Below are positions 10,701 to 20,697 of a DNA stretch of 64,000 bases, piece by piece. The notes below the pieces were generated by a model. It saw only the letters and a list, made by a program, of their open reading frames with translations, made no database searches and was not told the origin of the DNA. How positions within the stretch are numbered: the first letter of the stretch is position 1; the number at the start of each line of letters is the position of its first letter. The DNA is taken from positions 36,022,001 through 36,086,000 of the forward strand of contig CAIIXF020000001.1 in assembly GCA_903813345.2 (NCBI GenBank). Reading direction: 5' to 3'. This DNA comes from Owenia fusiformis (lineage: Eukaryota). A program made the translations under genes and the position numbers.

Positions 10701-12569
10701 AACTTTGGGGAGTAGTCGGCCATTTTGAAAAATGGCCACCATTTTTATGTGTGTAATTTTACAAATACGTGTGCGATTTTTCAAAAATTTTAGAGGTGGC
10801 TACTTAAAAGCATATTATTTCTTCTGATGACAACTTGGCTAGTGAGCAACCATTTTGAAAATGGTGGCCTTTCTGGTGTGTTGTTTTATGATATTTGCTA
10901 TTCGTTTGTAAAAATGCCAGCCATTTCTGTTCGATGGGATTCGCTACGCTTTGGCGTTGCCGTTGTTCTGGTTTAAATATTGGCTATCTGCAAAATATGT
11001 TTTTTCTTCAATGAATTGTTTATTTCAAATACACCATATTGTCTGGTTTTCTATTTTCTTAAATTGCATACTTACAATTGCACATAGATTATTTATTCAA
11101 GACTCAGTGTAAGACTACATACGATAGTCATTATGTTTTTAACATTTTTATTATTAATGATTTTTAACACGCTTAGCCTTTATGTTTTTCTGAAAGGGTC
11201 TTTGTACTGTGTTAAACTCTATTCAAGCACCTGTACAACATTATGTATGGAAATGTTCAATAAAAGTATGCATATAAATGTGAGGAATGTGTTTGTATTG
11301 TATTTTTTACATGATGGACATGAAGATTTTGAGACCATGTTATTTCATTAAGATTTTGATTTTACTTTAGACATTATTAATACTACATTTGAAAGTCATG
11401 CTTCAAGCCCTTGTGAACTCCCTTCTGTCCTAACACACCACCAGGTGATGTGAAGGGGATCCAGAGACTTGATGCAAGACTATCTAAACAAATTCTATGT
11501 CACCTACTATAAACTAATATTGATATAGTGAGATAAATATATTGAAAAGTACAAATTGAATACCAGAAGGTATTTATACTGACTGCCATGTGTCTTTTCA
11601 TTTCCTCTGGTTTCTATTTGATTGCCTTTTATATTGGAGAAGACAGTTGTGATCTGAACATCAGATTGTATCATACCCACTCTCATCTCTTATGCATGTT
11701 GCGAATGAAATAGAAAATGCCAGTTGGCCATAACAAAATGAATAACAATAGTTATCAAGGATAATATTTCCAATTAACTCCCACTGAAAAAATCATTTCT
11801 TATTTAAGCACAGCTTGAAAAATTTCAAGTAATGCATTTGATGGTTGTGATTACCGCTATTTCACTTTTCTCATAAATAATCACATCACCACTTCTATTA
11901 ATCATGAATAAAAATGCTTTTTGTTATTTATGAATTTCATTAGTTCTAAAATCACCAGACCAGCTAAAATGGTGAATTTACATACATGGTCTGTGATGTT
12001 CTCGCTTTTTATCACACTTTTTCAAAGTGCTATATTGGTCATCATCATCACCTTGTGCTGATGACCTTGTCCCTGTCTACATCTGTCTCTGGGTGGGTGG
12101 AGATGGATAGATCCTGCATAAATTTTATCATCACCTCTTCAACTTTTAATTTTTACCCAAGTGAAATTCTACCCAAGTAGAAATATTTGTACCCAAGTGA
12201 AAAAATACCTTGCCATACCACTCTAATAAACCACTAATAGACTACTAATACTCAACTGGTAGAACATGTTCTATAAGGGATTTGTTATTGGTGATTTTCG
12301 TTAACAGACCACTTTTTGCCCTTGACTTAACAGGTGGTTTATTAGTTGAAAAAATTACCATGCAAATGAGATAAAAATTATTGACCAATCAATGAGCATG
12401 TAATACACTACAAATACACCACTAATACATCATTCCCTGAAGTCTAATGCACCACTACTAGTCTAATAGACTACTAACAAATCACTCCTGAAATCTAAGA
12501 ATTTTATACATCCATAACGTACAAAATTTCTATAGTGCTAAATTCAGTGAGAAATATGAATACAATTCA
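7788..12569 (+). repeat. Tandem segmental duplication, copy 2 (~3.47 kb plus a 1.31-kb insertion)
   Basis: Matches copy 1 except for small indels, substitutions and the insertion at 9664-10972. Confidence 0.95.
9664..10972 (+). mobile_element. Non-autonomous Helentron (HINE/DINE-1-like) element
   Basis: subTIRs atcccatcgaa (9665) / ttcgatgggat (10930), a 5' inverted repeat, a (gtcc)n microsatellite, ~5 internal ~135-146-bp tandem units and a 3' stem-loop at 10943-10960. The empty site in duplicate copy 1 (~6194) shows insertion in a T-run without a TSD. Confidence 0.9.
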
Positions 12570-13003
12570 ACATGTACATGTACATCTTGTACATACCTTT
12601 ATTTAATTTTTTTGTTTTGTTTACATACCTTTATGATTATGTTGAGCAAGATTCATTAAAGTCCAGTCACCCTTCTGATTGTAATGCTACATTTTATTGC
12701 AGAATTAATTCCCTCTCATTTTAACTATTTTGGCCATTTAAAAGGGGTTTCTCATTCTAAATCAAGGATCAGTTTAAATAAACTACTTATAGACCATTCC
12801 AGAAAAATCGCGTTTACTTAATACATAACTTACAAACCACTCCACCTAAAAACCCTACTTCTATACCACAGTGGCGTTTTAGATGAATATTGTCAGTTTT
12901 AATACATAACTTATAAACCACTTCACTATAAATCACTTTTCATGGTGTATAGGAGATCTATTGGTGATGTATTAGTGGTATATTTGATTTTTCTTTACTT
13001 GGG
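12192..13003. mobile_element. Non-autonomous DNA element with CCCAAGT termini and accactaata subterminal repeats (CACTA/EnSpm-like, tentative)
   Basis: Termini cccaagtgaaaaaa ... tttctttacttggg, with many accact/agtggt motifs in both orientations. The left part is duplicated at ~7410-7787. Confidence 0.5.
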
Positions 13004-13393
13004 ACAGATGCAAGAGTGGATCAGTGATAAAATCTTATGAGGCTTTGGGCATACTGGGTAAATTACTTGGTAGCCATTTTGAATTTTTAAATAAAATAGA
13101 TACTTAAACAAGTATACCTTAACGTCCTTGGTGATGTTTTAATGGTGGAGTTCTTAAAAATCATTAAAATAAAAACATAATTTCTTGGAATTTTGTAGAA
13201 AAAATATCTCAATTTTTTATAGCTAGTTTGGCTTCTAAGAATCAAACTCTGCGGCAATAATTATATTTTGTGGCAATATGTACAAGTATAAGTATGTGAG
13301 GAGTGTGATAAATAAAAATAATTTAGTTTCCTACTTATTAAGGTCAAGTTTTATTTGTTTGCAATATGAATTTACATATAATACCATATAGAT

Positions 13394-14462
13394 TGTCGGT
13401 GTCGTAACTTGCTATGCAGTCGTTACACCAACCTCCCCCCTGAAGGACAAGGCCCTTCGTCACCCAGAATAAGGATTTACACAAGGGTGAATCCCACCCT
13501 GACACCAATGTAACGACCCAAGGGTGGGTGCCTCCGGGGAGATGTAGTGTAAGAAGCCAGATACAGACTTGAAAGGGAGTGTGCTAAATTCAATATCCCA
13601 TGCCTTCTGCCTTCAGCTCTAAAGCCAATGCTCTAACTCTGACCCACAAGTGTGAGCCACCAATGTTTGTTTTTTTTTCGTTTTTTTTTATAAATAAATC
13701 TTTATTTTCACATATTATTTTTTACAGGTTATTAATGTTGTTTACTGTAGGAGAGAGAGAGAGAGAAAGGAAGATTGATGATTTTTGTAACTTTGTATAA
13801 ATTGATGATATTAACGCAAAAGTCTGCTACAGATATTCCATAGTGTCTCATGTTGTTCCATTTTGTTGTTTTTCTTCGCTATGTATTTTTCTTCTTCTTT
13901 TTGACTCTGGAGGTATATTTTAAAAGGACCTAGTTCTGGTCTTTTGTCTCCTAATTTTCTTAAGTATATGAAATGTTTCATATGGATCAGTAGCTTATTT
14001 TGTTGTCTTTTTTCTCTACTGTATCCAAAAATAATGTCTTTATTTTCTGGTATGTTTTCACCAGCTTCCTCATAGCACGTTCTCAAGAAGTCCTTTGTGG
14101 CTGTACATTCTAGGAATCCATGTTCGATGCTATCTATATGGTTCTCATTACATATTGTACACATTGGCGTGTTTTTTCCCTCTATATTCATTTTGTTCAG
14201 CATTTTATTGAAGTAAATTGTTCTGTGAGCCACCAATGTTGAACTGTAGCAGCACCCTGACACCAATGTAACGACCCAAGGGTGGGTGCCTCCGGGGAGA
14301 TGTAGTGTAAGAAGCCAGATACAGACTTGAAAGGGAGTGTGCTAAATTCAATATCCCATGCCTTCTGCCTTCAGCTCTAAAGCCAATGCTCTAACTCTGA
14401 CCCACAAGTGTGAGCCACCAATGTTGAACTGTAGCAGCAACTTGCTATCCAAGGTCGTTAAA
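13394..14462 (-). mobile_element. Miniature LTR retroelement (TRIM-like): ~196-bp LTR, tRNA-Leu-like PBS, 81-bp internal region, PPT, truncated 3' LTR; internally duplicated and LINE-interrupted
   Basis: Minus strand: LTR end ...gggtcgttaca, then t, then tggtgtcagggtgggattc (PBS, 13489-13507). PPT aggggggaggttgg (13428-13441) abuts tgtaacgac. The LTR at 14267-14462 has inverted ends tgtaacgacc/ggtcgtta. Confidence 0.75.
13668..14223 (-). mobile_element. 5'-truncated LINE (L1/Tx1-type) with zf-RVT-like C-terminus, poly(A) tail and 17-bp TSD
   Basis: Open frame HRTIYFNKMLNKMNI...CTIC...HGFLEC...LW ending at 13811, then AATAAA and an A-tail on the minus strand. Direct repeat tgtgagccaccaatgtt at 13651-13667 and 14224-14240. 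Confidence 0.92.
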
Positions 14463-14800
14463 AGAAATGTTTATATAATAGAATATTATATGACCGCTAT
14501 TTGACCATGTCAGTTACATAAGAAAATGAGTCTGCTTGTTTAACGCCTTCACTCATCAATATCAGTTTGATCGATTATCACCCACTTATTTTTAAATAAA
14601 ATTCGAACTATCTTACTGGGTTTATTATGACCAGTGTGTCAACATATTTGAAGTAAATACTTAGCAGATATAATCCTCCTTAGACTGGTTAGCAAATGGT
14701 GTTGATTCACCTGTTCAAATTGATATAAATTGAATATTATGCTAGATTTTTCACTTCAATTATTTTATAATTTTTGCTCACCAGATGTCACTTATTACTA

Positions 14801-14844
14801 GTGACGTCATTTTGGCAACACTTACAAAAAGCCTGCAGGTGAGG
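14801..14844 (+). promoter_or_regulatory. Candidate promoter/first-exon region: CRE, X-box-like half site and splice donor
   Basis: TGACGTCA at 14802-14809 adjoining gtcattttggcaac, and cag|gtgagg at 14838/14839. Motif evidence only. Confidence 0.25.
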
Positions 14845-15926
14845 TCGCTTATTTTCTTCATTTACAACGCATTTACATGTTTTCAGCGCGTATGGATATT
14901 AACATGCATGCTGTTCTATTCCAGGATTACATTGGCAGTGTTATTGTAATTGTCGAATGTTTGAAACAACAAAAATATCGAAGTGAAATTTTTAATTCGT
15001 TTTGTTTTTCATGTCAACTGCAGTGGCAGGAATTTTCATTTATTGGAATGTCAGTGGATTATTCATAAACATGGGATTTGAAGAGATCGGAAATCCCATG
15101 TTATAAACTAACTTGGCAGTGTTACTTTGCTTAATACTTTGTGTTGAATTTGTCCAAAACATGTGGTTTACGTCAGGTTATTAGATCTAGATCTAAAGTC
15201 AGATCAATTTCCTCAACAACTTTGAATCTAAAAAATAAGCAATCAGACTGCACATTGCAATAGTAAATTGAAAAATTTCGCCTTTCATTATTAGTCAGAA
15301 TATCGACTTATCTGTCAAAGTGAAAGTTCCATAACAAGGTTGACAATGATCCTGTCGTCGACAACAAACGATCTAATTATATTTACTTGCCATAGACAAT
15401 CTAATATACAGAAAAATATATTCATATTGCACATGAATGACATTTGTATATTTCAGATTATTTAGTGCAATAAGCCTGTGCCCTCTTGTAATTTGAGGTC
15501 TTGCCGCCATGTTATTTTTTCAGAATTAAAGCATCAAAATACAAGAGGTTACACAGACTTATACTTGGCAATTCACAAGCAATCCAAGATATACAAATGT
15601 CATTCGTGTGCAATATGTATATATTTTTCTATATATTATTGCATAATTAGATTTCTTATTTTTCAGGTTCAACTGCTTGTCTTTGAAGCAGCGTAACAGA
15701 CTGTACAATATAATATAGACATTCATATACTTTTAAACCTGTTAACACACATGCGGATATTGCCCATGTTTTCATCTCATTTATCTACTGGAAATGTCTT
15801 TCATGATCTCTCCAACCTTGCGAGATGTTGTACCAGATTTTAGTTTCTGAACTTTTAATTTTTACACCTTTTTGATTTTCAGCAAATTTCCTGTATTATT
15901 CATATGTCCTGTAGTGTAGACATGCA

Positions 15927-16101
15927 ATGTCAATCCAAACCCACCTTCTTCTTTTAGTCGAGTTCAAGCAAAAGGAGAAGAAAACGGGAACAAAGGAGTG
16001 GCATCGATATGGTGAACTTTTTGAAGACGTGTTTCTCTTAAACCAGTCATCAAAACATTCTGAAAATTTTACACATCAATTTAATGATCATCTTTTGGAT
16101 G
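15927..16101 (+). CDS. Possible first coding exon of an unidentified gene
   Basis: ATG-initiated MSIQTHLLLLVEFKQKEKKTGTKEWHRYGELFEDVFLLNQSSKHSENFTHQFNDHLLD followed by G|gtaaca. Protein-like composition, but no homology recognised. Confidence 0.3.
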
Positions 16102-16955
16102 GTAACATTATAATTTGAAATATATGTATATACTTTTATAGTTATAAAAGTTATAAAAAATATGTATAATTAATTTTTGCATTGAATTGTTGCCAATCAG
16201 TCAACATTGCATAAAGGACCGTGTTTTTTTACAAAATGTTTTCAGTAATTGGTTTATAAGAGAAAAACATTGTTGAATTCAGTTCACCATATCGATACCT
16301 ATCCTTTTGTTTTAGAAATCATCATCATTGTGTGTTCGATTGTTGACAATATTTTCGACTGCAAAGTTTGACTGTCAACACTGACATTTGAGTTTGATGG
16401 TTGGCCTAAAAGTTAGAAACATATGTCATCCCTTTTCTAAATTTCAATTAGTTAGGCATATATTGTCATCTTAATGCCATAATTAGCATGTCATGACAAG
16501 TTGAAGTACTTAAAACATTTCGCTTTTTATTATTATTTGTAGATTCTGTTAAAAGATGTAAATGTATAGGCTATTTTGGATTGTTTGTTGACTGGTTGAG
16601 AAATGTGTCACCTCTTACGTTAATGCTTTTCTGGCAATAAAAATCAGCATCACAAATCATAGGATATCCTCTGTTTAAACAATGCTTGCTGATGCTGATT
16701 AATGCTAAAACAAGAAAATATGAAACATTTTGCTCTGCATATTTTGTAAAAGTCAGGTTCTAAATTCATTTAAATTCTTGCGTAAATGAAGCATATTGAA
16801 TAATGTTTTGGTTTACACTGACATAATACTAAGTGAAATGTCAACCAGAAATAACAAATATGGGTATTGGCACCTTTTCAGCTAAATGTCAAGTGAATAT
16901 TTGGTTTGTAATTTTTAGATATATTCTGATACTAGATTCTCTAATAATTGTATTC

Positions 16956-17254
16956 ATCCCATGACAAGTGAGGTTTCAGGTACATAACAGCAGGATATAG
17001 AATTGATATCTTTAGGGACATATATATCTCCTGTTGTATATTTCCCACTTTTTGTTCAGTATAGAAACAGTCAATTTGTTAGAATATCTTGCTATTTTGA
17101 AACTGTCAAAATAGATGCAGCAGACAGTAGAATTTATCTTGACCAAAATATTAATGGATTTTTCGAAAATAATAAGAATGAAAATACTTAGAAAACTAAC
17201 CTGAATATGGGTATCCTGAAAACCTCACTTATGAAACCTTACTTGTCATAGGAT
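16956..17254. mobile_element. Degenerate MITE-like inverted-repeat element
   Basis: atcccatgacaagtgaggtttca (16956) vs tgaaaccttacttgtcataggat (17232-17254). Confidence 0.55.
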
Positions 17255-18172
17255 AAATTAGTTTGTGATATGATAGTTGGTTTTGAATATGGGCTATATC
17301 CCTCAGGAAATATGATATCTTTCCTCTGGCCATGGAAAGATATCTATATCTCCCTCAGGATGTACCCCATATCAAAAACCTTTCATAACATAACCTTTAT
17401 TTATCCTATGCCCAGTTGAGTTTTCAGGAGATAAGTTGGTAAGACATGTCCTGTATCCTGATCCTGATCCTGATCCAGAACCTCCATATATCTCCTTTGG
17501 TTTGGAAAGTTTGGAAATAGGGTTTATCCCTTGGGGGATATGCATATCCCCCTCTTGATAAACTGGGTGAACCCCATATCCAAAGCATCCCAGTACATAA
17601 CCCTTATGTAAGCTAATATACCAATGTCGCATTATTTACAGATTTTTTGAGTTTCCAGTCTACAATATAAGATAATTTCCAGCCAGACCATTAGATTCAG
17701 GATGGGTTTTTTAATTTCTTTTCCAATTTCCGACTGTCCAATAGATAATTTATTTTATTCAAAGTCTCCATTGAAACTGTAAATATATCATGCAAAAATA
17801 TCAAGGGGTTCTCTAGTTATGCTCTTATGAGACAATGCCTCCTAAAACATGTATGTATTTCACAAATAATTTTCATTTTGGTTATAAATCACATAAATTC
17901 TTGGTTATCAATGAATCCGTTGATTAAATAAGTCAGCCAACAATGATTCAATTTAAGCTTGTTCTATCAACTTAACAGTATGTCACCATGGCACTAGATA
18001 GTAGCTTGAAAGTGTAAAATGAAAGGGTTAGAAGACATGGTGCAAGGATCTCTTCAGCATTAAAGCAAGTGGCGCAGCACCCACCTGCTATTTTAAAAAT
18101 AGGCTTGCACACATTTGAAAATGAGAAAAAACATGAAAAACATGTGAAAATGAGAATTTTCCACGAACTTGA

Positions 18173-18550
18173 TACCCTGCGCGCAGAGTCTAGTTAAACT
18201 ACACTCTGCCTAGTAGAGACCATATAACAGTTTAGTAGCCCCGCCCCCACGACAGGTACCGGTGTCAGTTTGGGTAATTAATCACTTCTGACCGACGCAC
18301 TGACCTTTCTTCCAACAATCAGCGAGCTTGAAGAAACATACGCCAAATGTGTGCTAATTAAATATGCGCATGTCATTGGTCAATTCCAGGCTCAATGATG
18401 ACGTCAGAAAGAATGACCATATATAGAACGTCGGTCAAATTTGGCCGACGAACACTGATTGGCGCGGTGAGTTCACAGGTTTATTTAAGTTTGAAAGAGT
18501 GAAGACGAAGCTCTCTTTTAAGAAGTGAAGTTAAACGAATGCAAAGGGTA
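18173..18550 (+). mobile_element. Dispersed ~350-bp repeat family with TACCCT...AGGGTA ends, copy 1
   Basis: Starts taccctgcgcgcagagtctagtt and ends gaatgcaaagggta. Homologous to 20359-20697 and, inverted, to ~30765-31116. Confidence 0.8.
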
Positions 18551-19846
18551 CGAACTTGAGAAAAGATCCCGTAGAAAACACTGATGTGTGGTTTAAATGT
18601 CAAAACCAAATGTCCACAGCAACACAATTAATTTAAGAGTAGATAAAATCTATATTGAATTTGAAACTTACCATCTGCAGAGAAGGTAATTATACTGGCC
18701 AGTGTATTATAATACAGTTTCATAGGGAAGTTGTCAAGGCTGTAAATCATTTTCAGTGTCCGTTTTTCAAAAAGGAACATCACACTTCTAGATACCAGTA
18801 GGGGAGAATGATTAAGTAATGTCTTATATAGGAGACACATGGGATATATGTTGATGGCAGTTGGAGGAACAGAGACATAATTCTTTAATAATCCCTGGGT
18901 TACTTGACAACAGTTTCCTGTAAAAACCTAAATGATGCATTGATATGATCTTAGTTGCATGATACACAAATCTATTGTGCCTCCCGGATGTGCCTCTTGA
19001 TGTGTCACAAACATTATATCAGATAAAGAATGAATCTGGTTCTGGTTTTTCAGAATTACAAAATAAAAGCATATCCTCCAAATTTTTAGTAAATATACAA
19101 AACACACAATGATTACATTAATTATTTTTATAAACTGGGACTGGTCTCCATTTCTTTGCACTCCATTTCATTTTGTATTCTTTTTAGCTCAAGAGCAACT
19201 CCCAGAGTATATCTGTAAATGATATTTATAGTTTTCTGTGTTGATACAAATTTGGAATTTGATCTGAACTCTACTTATTTGATGCCATGTTCTATAGTGA
19301 TAGTTAACCCAGCATTTTAGACTATATAGACCTAGGAAAGGCATAACATATAATACCACTTTACTTGGAATTTTATAGGATTATGTTTTTTATGTAGCCC
19401 ATGTCATTGTATATTTTAGGAACAACAAATAGGAAATACTAGAAATCAAACCAAAATCACCTAACATTAAGTACTGTTTCTCGTTCTAGTTCAGATATAC
19501 TGTATTTTAAGACTAAGAACTATATTGTTTGTGGCTCCATACAAATTTTTATAAGATCCTATCAAGTTTCACTTATTTTGCATGTCCTTCATTCCTTTGC
19601 AAGATTTAATCTTGTTCTTACAATATTTGCAGGTCTATAGGGGCTGACCGAGATTCTTTGGGCTTATAGAACATTTCCAATGCCATATCAAAACACAATG
19701 CAGTCAATATTAACGATTCTTATGGGAAATCAGGGGCTTATAATACTTTGCTCTATAATAGTTTGAGGCCAATGTAAAAGATGCAGACCACCTGTTTAGA
19801 CCTAGTTTTAGAATCGAAGAGTTCATCTATGTATCTTTCACAGTTA

Positions 19847-20308
19847 CCGTATTTGCCGTAATTGGCGCCCATGTTCCTATTAGCGCCCCCCCCCCAGACT
19901 TTTGGAGGCCCGAGGGTGAGTCCCTGGTTGAAGAATCAACAATCATTGTGGTCAAACGTAAGAAATCAAGTGGGCGATAATAGGGTCCCGACATGTAATT
20001 CCAAAACGAGGCTGAGAAAAAAATTTGAATTCGATTCAGCAGGTATAAGTCCGTTTTCCTATAGATTTATAGTACATATTTTATATTCCATTAGTGTAGC
20101 AAAAAGAGTGGGATAGGTATGAACCCCACGGTCCATGCAAACGTGGCGAATTTCACGAACCAAAATTTTCTTCCAATTTTTTTCTAAACTGAAAGTGAAA
20201 CTCCGGCATCTTTTCTCAGGCGGGACTCATATGGGCGCTAATAAGGACAACTTTTTGAACTGTTTTGACTTACTTTAAGCGCCCGGGCGCCTACTACGGC
20301 AAATACGG
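19847..20308. mobile_element. MITE with TA flanks and CCGTATTT-type TIRs (Tc1/mariner-pogo superfamily)
   Basis: Perfect 14-bp TIR ta|ccgtatttgccgta ... tacggcaaatacgg|ta, with internal gcgccc/gggcgc motifs. Confidence 0.9.
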
Positions 20309-20358
20309 TATATGAATCTAAGAATCAAAACCCAGCTGGTCAAAATAACATTATTGCA

Positions 20359-20697
20359 TACCCTGCGCGCAGAGTTTAGTTATAAACTACCATCTGCCCA
20401 GTATAGACTAAATTACAGTTTGGTACCCCCACCCCCATGACAGCTTGGGGTCATAAATAATTTTAAACCTTTGAGACTGACCTGTTCACAACCAACCAGT
20501 AAGCTGGATGGACACACACTAAATATGTTATCATTAACTATACGATTACATCTGAGAAAATTAATATATACAGAAAGTTGCCTATATTTTGATGATGACC
20601 TCTGATTGGCTCAGTGAGTTCAGAGATTTATTGTAAACTAAAAGAGTGAAGACGAAGCTCACTTTTAAGAAGCATAGTCGAATGAATGCAAAGGGTA
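20359..20697 (+). mobile_element. TACCCT...AGGGTA repeat family, copy 2
   Basis: Same termini as 18173-18550 and the same internal aaagagtgaagacgaagctc block. Confidence 0.8.

Noticed and set aside
4696..11351. Duplicated small ORFs (4696/8148 and 6356/11133) as paralogous genes
   Set aside because: They arise from a (ctgta)n microsatellite and AT-rich sequence. Their identity simply reflects the segmental duplication.
14340..14410. tRNA-like segment inside the mini-LTR (minus strand tgggtcagagttagagcattggctttagagctgaagg), which would parallel the 5S-bearing Cassandra TRIMs
   Set aside because: Only a loose A-box and anticodon-arm resemblance, with no convincing B box or cloverleaf. A family consensus would be needed to support it.
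17372..17632. 86-aa minus ORF with a GSGSGSG linker
   Set aside because: The GS run comes from a (cctgat)n microsatellite inside degenerate repeat sequence.
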